Of a stretch of 64,000 bases of DNA, positions 13,021-28,464 are shown one piece after another (position 1 is the stretch's first letter; each line of letters opens with the position of its first letter). Below the pieces are notes generated by a model, which did not search any database, was not told where the DNA came from, and was given only the letters and a program-made list of their open reading frames with translations. Position numbers and translations under genes: made by a program. This stretch comes from Octopus vulgaris (Eukaryota): positions 42,036,001 through 42,100,000 of the forward strand of contig OX597824.1 in assembly GCA_951406725.2 (NCBI GenBank), in the 5' to 3' direction.

Positions 13021-14330
13021 GATCAAGCAGTGAGTCAACGATAGCAATAGACGGTTGAGTGGTTTCAAGGTCGTAAAACACAAAGAAAAAGATGAAAAAA
13101 AAAAGAACAATACAATCAACAACAACAACAACGACATTGGTAAGAATAACAATAGTGACAACAACAACTACATTTGACAATGATAACAACGTCAACAATC
13201 GCAACGAGAATAATGAAACAATATCGTTGGTACCGGGAGGTTGGGGTCGGGGTAGGTAGGTGGGTAGGGTCGTGAATATAAGTACACAAGCATCTCAGCG
13301 GCACCCCTGCTTTCCCCCTTTTCACTGTGATCCCACTTCCTTTCATGTTTTTTTTTGCCTCCTTCTACTCCTCTCTCCTTTCCCCCTCCTCCTCCTCCCG
13401 CTTCTCGTCCTTTGGATATCTACAAAACCTTCCAAAACAATTGTTGAAGAATGGCAAGACAGAAGGATGAGACAGCATTACCACGTAATGATGGTATTAG
13501 CGTTGGCAGTGGTGGTAGCAGCGGCGGCGGCGGCGGTGGTTTTATATGTTATGGTGGTGGCAAGGGAGTGATACCGTTGTTGTTGTAGTTGTTGCTATTG
13601 TTGTTGATGATGATGATGATGGGGTTCGTGATTGTGATGTTTATGATGGTGGAGGTGATGATGGTGGCAGTTAAAGTCCAAGTACATTGTTATTGGACAA
13701 GAGCTTTGTTGATAGTTCGATAGCACTGATGATAGCGGTGATGATGATGATGATGACGACGACGATGCCGCAATTGGTGGTAAGGTTGCTATTGTCTTGT
13801 TGGAGTAGACCTACGATCAGATGCATTCCAGCCATGACCAAGCCAAATGAAAGCCAGAATATTGGGAGCCCATTTAAAAATACGAACAGACGCCAACTTA
13901 CAGCACAAGCAGCCAGATATTGTTGTGCAGGATCATCCTGAAAAGATATACTCCGTTGTAGACAGAAATCAATTGTCCTCTGAACATCAATGCAGTTAGG
14001 AAATACAGGGAGAGAGAGGGTGAGTGAGAGACAGAGAGAGAGGGGGATATTTACGGACTATTGATTTTGCAGTTCCAGTACCCAAAATACGTACCAAGCC
14101 TAAGCTGTCTGGAGCAAAATATGGCTGAACTTGGTTTATTGGGAACAGAACACGACTCCTTAATTTATACACGACAAATAATCACGATATCAGGGAACTA
14201 TAAAAATCTGCAGGACTTTCGTAAGATTTAAAGGATGATGAACAAATCATGGTTTCCTTCACAACTTTGCTACAAAGCAGGTTGCCGGTCAAAATCTCTA
14301 AACTGTTAAGAGACAAAAGAATACAAACTG

Positions 14331-14363
<33 letters not shown>

Positions 14364-14444
14364 GAAAAGAATAAATAGAGTCAAAAGCAAGAGGGAGTAC
14401 GATTCGACAGCTGTTTAAATACCACTACCATAATACTGTCGGCT

Positions 14445-14615
14445 ATCTTATTTCTTTACTGCCCACAAGGGGCTACACACAGAGGGGACAAACAAGGACA
14501 GACAAACAGATTAAGTCGATTATATCAACATCTGTGTGTAACTGGTACTTATTTAATTCACCCCGAAAGGATGAAAGGCAAAGTCAACTTCGGCGGATCT
14601 TTGAACTCAGAACAC
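14445..14615 (-). mobile_element. SINE family B, 3' part
   Basis: Reverse complement of the 44032-44263 copy (gcctttcatcctttcgggg..aattaaataagtaccagttac...gccccttgtggg). Confidence 0.8.
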
Positions 14616-14664
14616 GATCTTAAGGGAATATACCTGAAATATGTATGTATGAATGTATGTATAT

Positions 14665-15113
<449 letters not shown>

Positions 15114-15484
15114 ATGTATATATATATATATATAGTCAATTCAAATAAACAGAAAAAAAAACGAAATAAAAAAAGAAAAACAACAAACATGAAGACGGGC
15201 ACAAGAAGTATATTCGCTTGGCGCTCGGTGAAAGGAGAGTGTTTAATGATTCGAGCTAAGCTCTTCGTCGGAAAAGCGAGAGGGAAAAGTGGAAAGAAGG
15301 AGAAGAAATCGCGAACGGGCCACGTGAAGTTATCTACCTACCTACCTACCTACCTACCTACCTACCTACCTACCTACTACCTACCTACCTACCTACCTAC
15401 CTACCTACATACATACATACTACCTACCTACCTACCTACCTACCTACCTACCTACATACATACATACATACATACATACATACA

Positions 15485-15515
<31 letters not shown>

Positions 15516-16874
15516 GCCTATACGTATCATGTCACGGGAAAGTATTTTCTGCAGCTCCGTAGATGTTCCTAAAGCTTTAAGGCACCGTTTGCTACTCAAC
15601 GGGAAATGTCTTCTCGAAGTCTTAATGACAGCATGCAAACTGCCTAAGGGAATAAGATTGTGGTTACTGCTGTGGTTTTTGTCGTCACTGTTGTATTTAT
15701 GGTTGATGTTGTAGTTGCTGTGTTTTGTTGCTTTGTTATATAGCTTTATATCAATCCTAACTGAGCAGATCTTTGATGGAAGGCGTTCCAGCCATGTCCG
15801 TCTTGATTATAAATGTTAGACTGTGAAATGAGACAGAATTTTGACTACTATTTCTAGCAAGACAAATAATCTTATGAAAGACTCGATCGATGTAAGTTGT
15901 GAGGTGACTGTATTTACTATCGATATGTATTTTATTATCTCACAATCAAAGAATCGATTAGATAGCGATTCAGTTTCCGTAATCAACAAATCATGAATAT
16001 ATGAAAAATAAATGACCAAAGTGAGTTGATGTTGATGATGTTGTTGTTGCCGTTGTTATTGTTGTTGTTGCTGTAGTGGTCGTGGTTGTCATTGCTGTTT
16101 ACTTCCTGGTCAGCAGTAATGGCGCAGACTAACATTCGATGACGTTCCATCAGTAACAATTCAGCCATTTTCCCTTATTTATTCCTCAACAATAATATAA
16201 GTGTTTAGCGCTACTGCGCGATAGAATGTAACATTCCTTTCATTTAAGACAGTAAATTGGATTACCATCGAGCTATTTGGCCGGTATTAGTAGTAGGCTT
16301 AATGTAATAAGGACTACATTACACAATTTTTGTAAGTCAGTCTTCCAAGAGAGAACGGTATATGTTTAGAGAGAGTTTCCATAGCCAATTTTTTTAAGAA
16401 GTTCAACAAACTGTGAAGAACATGTTCTGATATGTTCTTCTTTGCTGTTTGGTATTTAATTTCGAGGGGAAAAGTGAATGTGAAAGGAAAACATATTTCA
16501 AACTTGCGCGCGCGCGCACACACATACACAGAAGGAGAGAGAGAGAAAGAAAGAGAGAAAGAGAGAGAAAAGGAGACAAAAGGTGAGAGCTAGATAAACT
16601 CAGTATAGCGAAGATGGAGCAGTGCTCAAATGAATTTGAAACTTAAGACTGAATTCTTCATGCAGTACTAGGTCTACGGCGTCAAGAATGGCTACAACAA
16701 AAATCCAAGACGAGTCTGATATGGAGGTATTGATGCAAATAAACACAATTAGGTTTGATACTTATATAAATATATACACACACACACATACACACACACA
16801 CACACATACATACATACATACATACATACATACATACATACACACGTAGATAGAGACAGACATACATATACTTC

Positions 16875-17050
16875 AAATTTACAGAAAACAAATAACGAAG
16901 ACAGGTGGGAGAACAACAAGCATGTGTATAAATCTGACGCTCGGGAAGAATGGAAAAGCCTTTGACGTTTCCAGCCTACGCTCTTCGGCAGAAAGGGTTG
17001 AGAGGAAAAATGGAGAGAGAAAAAATAATAAACGGAGAGAGAAAAAATGA
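16875..17050 (-). mobile_element. Penelope-type terminal-repeat fragment with degenerate hammerhead
   Basis: Minus strand: ccttt-CTGCCGA-agagcgtaggctg-GAAA-cGTC-aaagg (16959-16996). Homologous to 24620-24780. Confidence 0.6.
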
Positions 17051-17236
17051 GTAGGGATTGACAATTCAATATGCATATGTTTATATATATGAATTTGATG
17101 TCTCATAGCCATTCTTTACCCCGCGGAATTGATCCCTTGTAAAGACATCGGAATTTAAGTTTGAATCATTTGAGCGCTACAAAGTGTCTTCCATACAGAG
17201 AATCACTGCATCTTATCAGTAGAGTATATATGCATG

Positions 17237-17304
<68 letters not shown>

Positions 17305-17407
17305 ATAAAAGGGTGAAATTAATTAATTAATTAATTAATTAATAATTAATAATTTTACCAAGTAGTCAGTACGTTGAAATAACCTTTTTATGTAAAATTA
17401 TACAAAT

Positions 17408-17566
17408 ATTCTATAATTATATGCATAATTATAATCACGGGTCAGCTAATTGCTTCGCCACGCACTGAATTAGAAAATAGACACTAAATGCCCTTATTCA
17501 GTGCGTGGCGAAGCAACTAGCTAATTAGCTGGCCCCTGATTATAATTATGTTTATAATTATAGAAT
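17408..17566. repeat. Inverted repeat, ~60-bp arms
   Basis: attctataattat...ttgcttcgccacgcactgaat / attcagtgcgtggcgaagcaa...ataattatagaat. Confidence 0.85.
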
Positions 17567-17570
17567 TTAT

Positions 17571-17601
<31 letters not shown>

Positions 17602-17614
17602 CATATATAAAAAA

Positions 17615-17648
<34 letters not shown>

Positions 17649-18257
17649 CGTGGTAAAGTCAAAAGTTATACCCACTCTTATTTTTTCAATGTATTCACAC
17701 AAAAGCGAGGTATAAACAGGTATGTCATTTTCCTATACAGTCAAACTGGGTTCATGGGAGGATTTCCCTCGTAATTTAAAAACTGAAAATTTGTCACACG
17801 AAGTGAGGCTGAATCCGCCTGTGGATTATAATGGGAATACATCTCCATGGAATATTCAACCATTTATATGCTAAGTACACACACGTGTGTGTGCATGTGT
17901 GTCTTTGTTTGTAAGTGTTAGAAGGATTATATCAACGCAGTTAAAGATTAAATATCGATAAGAATAAGAACAACGAAAGATAATTTGTCGCCTTAAAAAT
18001 GGCGAAGGAATTCCATATTTTGATTAAAAAAGCATTTTACAAATGTTTTACAAAAATTGGATAAAGCGGGATGAAATGACTGTCCATTCAGGCTAGCATT
18101 TTGGCCGTTCAGACAATAGAGTGTTTATCCAGAATTCAGCAAGTGCAGAATAACATCAGAGTAATTCACCTGAGTTTCTCTAGTGTATATTAAATGCACG
18201 CATTTCCTTTGTAAACAATTATATATCGACGGATGAATATGTGCGAGGGTCTAAAAA

Positions 18258-18346
<89 letters not shown>

Positions 18347-18598
18347 CAATTATCTTTCTCTCTCTTTCGCGCGCTCTCTCTCTCTATATATATGTATATA
18401 TAGATATGTATATAAATATGTATGTATATATATATGTGTGTGTGTGTGTGCGTATGGGTGTGGGTGTGAATTCATGCATATATATATATATATATATGTT
18501 TATATATAAATATATTGTATATTATATATGAATAGATATATAGATTGGCATGTATGTATGCATCTATATATCTATGTATCTTTCTATATATATATATA

Positions 18599-18631
<33 letters not shown>

Positions 18632-19264
18632 CACCACACAAACACACACATATATATATATATATATATGCATATGTATATAATAAACACGTATACATAT
18701 GTGTTTATGTATACATGTGTGAGTGTATGTATATATATATATATATGTATATATGCGTGTGTGTGCGTGTGAGCGTATATATATATCGAATGATAGGTTA
18801 GATAGATTGATACGAGTGCAGAAACACAGACACATCCAGACACAAACAAGCAAACATAGATATAGACAGACAGACAGTTAAACAGACAGACAGACAGAAC
18901 CAACTAGTTCTCATATCGCGAATGACACAATGAGTCAGTTATATGACAAGGGACCGGTGTTATGGGGTGCCTGACAACGTCAGGGTGCATATGGTATACA
19001 ATGTGTTTATATGCCTATGTGTGTGTGTAAGTGTATGTGTGTGTGTGTAGGGGACGATGGGTGGAGAAGGGGTGTGCATGTCTTTGTGCGTGCTTCTGCG
19101 TGTGCGTGCATACGTAACGGTGTTAGTTATTGTGAGTCACTCAAAAAGACAGACAAACGTGTTCTCTTTATTTTTTTCACCGTTACCCACCATCCGACAA
19201 TGTCAACACAACTTCAATATATCACGCTTACGTACACACACAGAGACACACTGAAGCACAAATA

Positions 19265-19301
<37 letters not shown>

Positions 19302-19701
19302 TTGAGAGCAGGAGAAAGTACAGATAAAGACACAGAAAAAGGATTGGGATTAGCATGGGAAAACATTTACCTGTGTATACTACACACGTAACTTATCGCC
19401 TTGAAAGTTAAACGATTCTTTTGCGTGCCTTATTGTTCGTTAAATACACACGTTCAAAAGCGCGCGCGCGTGCATTCATAGATACACACACACACACACA
19501 CACACACGTGCAAATCCACGCATATAACATTAAGTAACGCTTTAACATTGAAGATATTAGTCACCACTTATAATTCAGGAAAATTTTTTAAAAATTGCAC
19601 ACACATACATAGATGCATATATATATATATATAAGCATCTATGTATGTGTGTGCAAACATATATATATATATATATATATATCTATCTATCTATCTATCT
19701 A

Positions 19702-19743
<42 letters not shown>

Positions 19744-19811
19744 TATTTATGTATATGTATATTATATATATTTGTATGTATATATATATACTCGTGCATA
19801 CATACATACGT

Positions 19812-19848
<37 letters not shown>

Positions 19849-19900
19849 ATAAGTATGTATATGTGTGCATGAATGCATGAGTGTATACACATACACACAC

Positions 19901-20006
<106 letters not shown>

Positions 20007-20253
20007 AAATATTTAATATTTAAAATATAAATGTTATTTAGTTACTGCTGAGAAGTCACTCAATGTTCCCATATTTGTATTTTTATTTTTTACTATTTAT
20101 GTTGCAAATTTTAGTCGTGACTAAGCGATGTTGTGAATTTTCGTACACGTAATGTAGACGCTTTTCTTTAATCTATACTTCTGTATCGAGCACTCTCATT
20201 TTATTTTTTTATTTACAAAAGCTCTTACTTCCCCAAATATAAACGTGTGCACT

Positions 20254-20341
<88 letters not shown>

Positions 20342-20351
20342 ACTGCTACTG

Positions 20352-20406
<55 letters not shown>

Positions 20407-20525
20407 GCTGTATTCTGTAAATTCTAAAATTTGTGTTGTTTCCTATATTAGTTTTGTCTTTTAAGAAGACATATGTACGTGTATATATATACGTACATAC
20501 ATACTAATGTATGTATATTTATTCA

Positions 20526-20567
<42 letters not shown>

Positions 20568-20785
20568 GTTATATGTAAACACCGTATACGTATGGCACCA
20601 TTTGTGCCAGCCATCATATCAGGATGTGAAGCAGAATCCAGAATCAAGAACCTTTTTTCTTTATCTGCTGATAATTCATGTTATCCACTCGAATAACTAT
20701 ATGAAACCATGGTATGAGCAGAATTACATATGTATCTAAATACCCGCTCAACAGATATTACTCGGCCAAGCAAAGTTTCTCATGC

Positions 20786-20821
<36 letters not shown>

Positions 20822-21195
20822 ACGACTATGCACACATACATACACACACACACATGTATAAAGCACACGTAGATATATGTATGCATAATATAATACACAC
20901 ATATGCAGATATATATGATTTACCCCGTTGCTAATCTGTATGCGCTCAATCAAGCAGCGTACATGAACTGAGCTTCGAAGGAAAGGGTTTTTTAAAGACA
21001 TACTTGTTAGATGAATTCTCATTTGTCGGGAGCAGTCAAAAGAATAACTGATTACGTTTCAGAAATAAACTAGCGATTTCCCTGAAGAAGAGATGAGGAC
21101 AATATTCTGCATATGCATATTTATATTACGGAGATGTACTTGCATAGCAAGTGATTTGATCTGAGATCGTGTGCTGAAACGAAAACAATAGCAGC

Positions 21196-21442
21196 ATGGA
21201 AGGTGTTTGTAAGCCATTTAAGAAACACACAAAAGCCATTCGATTCACTTCAAAATTTAAGTTTAATTTGTCAAAATATTTTCGACGCTTTAAGACCGCG
21301 ACCTGTTCACTGACAAAAATCCGTGGAACAGGTCGCGGTCTTAAAGCGACGAAAAAAAATATTTTGACAAATTAAACTTAAATGTTGAAGTGAATCGAAC
21401 GGCTTTTGTGTGTTTCTTAAATGGCTTACAAACACCTTCCAT
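21196..21442. repeat. Near-perfect palindrome, ~113-bp arms with 17-bp spacer
   Basis: atggaaggtgtttgtaagccattt...gaccgcgacctgttc (21196-21308) / gaacaggtcgcggtc...aaacaccttccat (21326-21442). Confidence 0.95.
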
Positions 21443-22374
21443 ACTTATTTATAGCCATGTCAAATCTAAATGATTTTTGCTTCATCTTGCCACTGTACTG
21501 CCTAAAATCCATTAGTATTTATCTGAGCTGCAGCACGAACAATCAACTGACCGTCTCGAACAACAAGAATGGGCCTAACAGGTGTCACTTATCTACGTCT
21601 CTTTTTCATAGACCAGTGCGCCGAGTATTCCCTGGAGGAAGCTAAGAGCGCGAAACTCCGGATAGCAACGCAGTGAATCATCCGCTGATACCGACAAAAT
21701 ATAAATTCAACATCGTGTACTGAATAATTTTTCATTCGTTTGTAAACAAAAATGTGCGTATGTGTGTATGTGTATGTGTGTGTATTGTATGTGTGTGTGT
21801 GTGTATACATGTGGATGTACACATCTATGTATGTGTTGGTGCATATGTGAGTGTGGGAACGGACGGGATGAAAGAGATACGTAAATTCGCGTATTTTTAT
21901 AACTATTTAACTGGCCGTTTATCTCTCTCTCTCTCTCTCTCTTTGTGTGTGTGTGTGTGTGTGCATACATGCATACATATAGCTTTGTATTCTCTATCGT
22001 CTCCCTCTTCCTCATTCAGTCTGTCTGCCCGTCCGTTTCCGTATTACACCTTCTCTATTCCTATTTCTTTCTCAATCTCCCTCTCACCCTCTCACACTTT
22101 ATCCATTATTTCATGCACTTTCCCTTTCTCTAACACGTATATCTGCTACTCCATCTGCTGTGCCAAACCTGTTATTTACTCCAGCCCAGCTTTTAAACTA
22201 TTTTCGAATGCTGGTGATTTCTATTGGTGGAGTTCTGGTGACATCACCACTGAAACTTTTATCTCTCCCTACTCCGTTATCACATAACACACCTTCCTGT
22301 CTAATATAAACCAGTCCTCGTGCACCCATTTTCCCACTGCTCTTTCCATAGCTTATTCATTCTTTTATACATTT

Positions 22375-22593
22375 ATTCTTTTGCTTGCTTCAGTCGTTTG
22401 ACTGTGGTTATGCTGGTGCACAGCCTTAAAGGGTTTTAGTCGAAAAAATCGAGCCCAGGACTTATTCTTTGTAAGCCTAGTACTTTATCGGTCTATTTTG
22501 CAGAACCGTTAAGTTACGGGGACGTAAACACACCAACATCAGTTGTCAAGCGATGGTAGGTGGACAAACACGAGCACACTCACGTATAAATAT

Positions 22594-22636
<43 letters not shown>

Positions 22637-22790
22637 CGACAGGCTTCTTTCAGTTTCTGTCTACCAAATCCACCCACAAGGCATTGGTCGACCCGAAGCT
22701 ATAGTAGAAAATACTTGCCCAAGGTGCCACGTAGTGGGACTTAACCTGGATCAATGTGGTTGGGAAGCAACATTCTTACCACACATCCAC
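22375..22790 (-). mobile_element. SINE family A, near full length
   Basis: Reverse complement of the consensus, including the internal microsatellite. Confidence 0.85.
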
Positions 22791-22869
22791 AACTTTCTTC
22801 TTTTGTAATCATGCTGCTTTTATTTGTATTCTAAGTTTTAAGGTAAAACATTTATTCTTTATTTGTTTT

Positions 22870-23149
22870 GATCCTTTTCACCTATTTTTCAGTCACTGGA
22901 ATGCGGCCGTGCTAGGATTTAGTCGAACCAATCGACCCCGAATACTTAATCTTTAAAGCCTCGTACTTATGCTGTCGGTTCTTATTGCCGATCCGTTAAT
23001 TTATGGGGAAGTAAACAAAGCAGCAACGGTTGTGAGGCGGGGTAGGGGATGAATAAACCCAAAGATGCGCATATATAGCACCGGTTGTCAAGCAATGATG
23101 AGAGACAAACACAATTCAAACATCAACACACATAGACATACTCGCCACC

Positions 23150-23223
<74 letters not shown>

Positions 23224-23290
23224 GACGGGTTTGTCTCAGTTTCCGTCTACCAAATCCACTCAGAAGGCTTTGGTCGGCCCGAAGCTATAG
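22870..23290 (-). mobile_element. SINE family A, 5'-truncated, with internal (CA)n
   Basis: tcagtttccgtctaccaaatccactca.aaggctttggtcggcccga, plus a degenerate tail. Confidence 0.75.
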
Positions 23291-24446
23291 TGAAAAGCAC
23301 TGTGAAAAGGAAAAAAAGTGATTGTCATAGCTTGGGTTTTGACAAATAAAGTACCAGTTACGTACCGGGGCAGTTTTGCACTACGTACGAACGCACACAC
23401 ACTTGCTTGCGCGCGTGTGCGGGCATATACTTTGTCTTTCTCTCTCTCTCTCTCGTTCTGTCCATCTCTCTCTCTCTCTCTCTCGTTCTGTCCATCTCTC
23501 TCTCTCTCTCTCTCGTTCAGTCCATCTCTCTTCCTCTCTCTCATTCTCTCTATGTCTTGGAATCAATGACCTGGAAGGAAGTAGGAAGAAGCGTTCACAC
23601 TGAATCACAAAAATCGCTCCTCCACCACATATGGGATGAAATCCTAAAGATAAATAAGCTATATTCATGATGTATATAATCTAAAACACAACAGATCTAG
23701 TTTAATCTAATTTGCATAATTTTGGATTCCCTGGCCAACTTTTAACTGAAAGTACTCAAATTAAATAACGCATATTTATAAAAAGTAGAAAATATGTATT
23801 CTTTCCATTTGAAATTATCCAAAGGCAGCATCCAGTGCATTAAGGATTTTTAAAATAACGACTTTTAAATAAAAATGATACGATAAGCAGATTTATGGAG
23901 GAGGTGGGGGAGATTATATGTAGCCCAAGTATTTAACATATTCTTGTTAGCACAATAATGGATGATAACATCTATTTTGATAGATATTATGGGTGGTAGC
24001 TATCAGGATTTGAAATCGGAGCATAGAAGGATATAATTAAATACCAATTGAAACATTTTCGAAATGTTTCAAATGTAGGGAAAAAGTGTATCTGATTTGA
24101 ATAACACTGGTATTAGCATAGTATTTATTTTATTGACCCTTGGAAGGATGAAAGGAAAAGAAGAGTTTGGTAAAACTTGAACTTAGAACATAAAGTGTTG
24201 AAAGTATAAAAGTTGTCGGCGCTTCACGGTTTCTGGTAATCCAGTAATGTTATTTTCTAACATAAAGTACAAAGCCAAAGATTTTAGATTTAGTATAGAT
24301 TTTTGGTCGATTTCATCAACCTCGATTACACCTCCATTCATAATCATTGGTTTCACACTTTGACATAAGATCAGCAATTTCGAGGGAATGGGGCAATTCA
24401 GCTACATCCACTAATAACGGAACCGTGCATCATATATAATCACCCC

Positions 24447-24480
<34 letters not shown>

Positions 24481-24511
24481 GTCTCTCTCTCCCTTTCTCT
24501 GTCTCTCTCTT

Positions 24512-24837
<326 letters not shown>

Positions 24838-25986
24838 TGTACTGTTCTGTGATGGTAACATTACTGCTATGTAGACAGTGTCTAAAGATTGTGATAGGAC
24901 ACCAGACGTGTTAAAAAACACTGTCTGGCATACTCTCATCGCATGAAACTAACTAACAGTAGCAGATAAAAACGTATATTGTTCTTATTAAATATGTGCG
25001 TGTGTAAAAAAGAGAGATGGAAGATAGAAAATACAAGAATCTTTATTGATAGCCACAATCATTTTCATCCGTCTAGTGTCGATCCCTCGCGAGTGGGATA
25101 TTGCATAACTGGTTTAGGTGTATTGCTCGGTATAGATATGTCTCCTCAGGTGATTTCAAGAAGTAGTGGTCAATAAAGATTCTCGTATCTTCCATCTTCA
25201 GTCTTTCTCATTAATTACATACCCAATGAACTCAGCCAGTGAACGTACTTTACCGACAAACTACCATGTGTGTACCATAAGATTTTATAGCTATATATAT
25301 ATATATATATACACATACATACATACTATATTTGTGTGAGTGCGCGCGAGCGTGTCTGTGTATGTGTAAGGAGAGAGAGGTGAGAGCGATGCATACATAT
25401 TTGTATATGTATGAGTATGTTTACATCTTTATAAGTATATATACCACACATAGAAGTGAACCCGAGATCTTGACATTCCGAACCGCGCTTCCTACCCTTT
25501 CAATCATGCTATATCAAACATTCAGTTAAAGAGTATATAACCAACTTATATGTGGTTAACACAAATCTAGTTCAAGGCAATTAAAAATTTTCTTGCTATC
25601 GCTATTTTTTTCACTACATCTCCTTCATACACTCTCTCACTTACTTTTTCTTTCTCTTCTCTTCCAGCCCCCTTTCTTTAACTGACCGTACGAATGAACT
25701 AGGCAGTCAGAACCACAATGACACAGATTCGAACTGATTAGATATTTGACGTTGTATTTCCATGCTTCATGATTTCAAGTTCTTCGAATCCTTCCAGATC
25801 AGTGTCTTAGATAAAAAGAAACTACGTATTCCAGTTTCCAACGCATTAATCAATATAAACTTAATGCTGTGGAAATCAGGATACAGTTCCACAAGCATGC
25901 CAAATTTGAAACATAAAATACTCGCACAAACCTACATATACGTATGCTTGTTCTACGTAAGTATAAACTCATGCATATGAATATGC

Positions 25987-26089
25987 ATATATATATATAT
26001 GTGTATATGTATATGTATATATATATATGTTTATATACATATATATATATATGTATATATATACACACATACATACATACATACATACA

Positions 26090-26148
<59 letters not shown>

Positions 26149-26460
26149 CTTATGGATGTATATATATATATATATATATATGCATATATATGTATCTATG
26201 TATATGCGCACGCTATCATCTTAAGTTCAAAGAGCACCAATACTGAAAAATAAGTGAGGCCCTAATTAAAACTTTAGAAACCACTGCCCTCAACAAAAAT
26301 TCTGTCTGAAGTTAAAGATGCTCGTAACGCTACAATACACATGAACAGTCATAAGACTTGAAGTCATGACCCAATTCACCTGACCGATGGTCCAGGAAGA
26401 CTTACTGGTGATATATTTGTATGCTATGTATAAATATCTACATATACATATGAACGTGTT

Positions 26461-26511
<51 letters not shown>

Positions 26512-27018
26512 ACACACACTTATATATATACATGCATACATACACACAAATACGTACACACATACATGTGTGTGTGTGTGTGTCTCTATGAGTGTTCGTG
26601 TATGGAAGCGAGATTAAAGATATTAGCTAATTGCATATTTTATCCAAAATTTCTAATATTTCTGTGTACTCCATTATTGACAATAATTTCTACCACACAC
26701 ACACACACAAACACGTTCATATGTATATGTAGATATTTATACATAGCATACAAATATATCACCAGTAAGTCTTCCTGGACCATCGGTCAGGTGAATTGGG
26801 TCATGATTTCAAGTCTTATGACTGTTCATGTGTATTGTAGCGTTACGAGCATCTTTAACTTCAGACAGAATTTTTGTTGAGGGCAGTGGTTTCTAAAGTT
26901 TTAATTAGGGCCTCACTTATTTTTCAGTATTGGTGCTCTTTGAACTTAAGATGATAGCGTGCGCATATACATAGATACATATATATGCATATATATATAT
27001 ATATATACATCCATAAGC

Positions 27019-27073
<55 letters not shown>

Positions 27074-27152
27074 TGTATGTATGTATGTGTGTATATATAT
27101 ACATATATATATATATGTATATAAACATATATATATATATACATATACATAT

Positions 27153-27170
<18 letters not shown>
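25987..27170. repeat. Long inverted duplication: ~490-bp arms (25987-26476 / 26694-27170), ~220-bp spacer
   Basis: The non-repetitive core gcgcacgctatcatcttaag...catatgaacgtgttt is repeated in reverse complement, with one substitution seen (26363 vs 26807). The ORF track shows identical peptides on opposite strands. Confidence 0.97.
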
Positions 27171-27218
<48 letters not shown>

Positions 27219-27429
27219 GTGTACAGTGAATGTATGTAGCCTTGTGGTAAGTCGTTACACTTAGGACCGCAAGATTGTGTTTTAGATCCCAAGACGGCGG
27301 TGTGTTCTATTCATTTTATGTTGCCTCAGTCCATTCATTTATCAATGCACAGCCCTTCGACAGACTGGCGTCCACGTTCAGAGTGTCCAGGTAACCAGGA
27401 CTCGAGACAGCATTGATCAAGGGACCTAA

Positions 27430-27899
27430 TAAATTTATATGTATCATTTTTATCTTCTTTCACTCGTTTCCGCCATTAGTGGTAGGGCGTTACACTTAGC
27501 ATTGCAAGAAAGAAAAGTAAATAAATACCCCTCTTTCTATTTATTTACATTTCTTTCTTTTTATCACTTAAGAGCCACTTCCGCTACCATTCTGTTATTG
27601 AAGGTTGATATATCTGTGTCTTTTTTCTGAATGTTTAAAATATCAGGACTTTCACCCACATGGATTTACGCAGAATTGTGCCTGTCCTTATGGACTTATG
27701 GACTTATTTCTACAAAATCGTCAAGTTGAACTGTGAACTTTTATGCTTCTTTTTTCTTCTCTTCCTTCATCTCCTTATTCCTTCCCTCCTGTCATCTATG
27801 TTATCATTTCATTTATCTATACCGTTCTCATTTTCCCTATTTGTCTCCGATGACGGAATATCCTATACTCTGAGATATCCCAGAAGCAGCTATAAGACT

Positions 27900-27905
<6 letters not shown>
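27430..27905 (+). mobile_element. Old Penelope-like 3' remnant with degenerate hammerhead
   Basis: KYQDFHPHGF-like ORF end near 27638 and a pyrimidine-rich UTR, then gtct-CCGATGA-cggaatatc...gatatcc-caGAAG-cagct-ata-agac (27843-27898). Confidence 0.45.
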
Positions 27906-27942
<37 letters not shown>

Positions 27943-28005
27943 ACTGTTATAAATTTACAATAATATCAGTGGCTAGCATGTGTAAAAGAATCATAAATGC
28001 AAAAT

Positions 28006-28377
28006 TATCAATTAATAGTGAGGGGTACTACTTGTAGCACCAGCATGCTAAAGATAGCAGTCAGAACGACTCAAAACCACAGTTTGCACTTATACAAAAG
28101 GGCGAAATCGAAAATCAGTATTACTGACTGACAAGGGCGAAATCGAGGGACAGTATTACTCACTGACGAGAACAAAGTCATCATTCAGAAAGTTTGAAAT
28201 CATTGATACAGGTATCTCTAATTTTCATTTTCGATTCTTTTCGTCTATGGTACGAAGTGTTAATATTTTACTGCCTGTTCCCTCGATTTCGTCATTGTGT
28301 ACCAGTGAAAACTGGTTTTGAGTCGTTTTAACTGCTGTCTTTACCATGCTGGTACTACAAGTAGTACCCTTCATTAT

Positions 28378-28382
<5 letters not shown>
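28006..28382. repeat. Fold-back/MITE-like element with ~90-bp imperfect inverted arms
   Basis: gggtactacttgtagcaccagcatgctaaagatagcagt..aacgactcaaaacc / ggttttgagtcgtt..actgctgtctttaccatgctggtactacaagtagtaccc. Contains an internal ~34-bp tandem duplication (aagggcgaaatcga...cagtattact). Confidence 0.8.
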
Positions 28383-28422
<40 letters not shown>

Positions 28423-28464
28423 TATATATATACACATATATATGTGTGTGTGTGTGTGAGTGTT

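Noticed and set aside
12392-13033. 213-aa Pro/Thr/His-rich ORF resembling a mucin or extensin
   Set aside because: Degenerate (ACC)n microsatellite; its start codon lies inside a MITE TIR.
13234-13270. G-quadruplex-capable G-run cluster
   Set aside because: The pattern is present but has no supporting context; such runs are common in low-complexity DNA.
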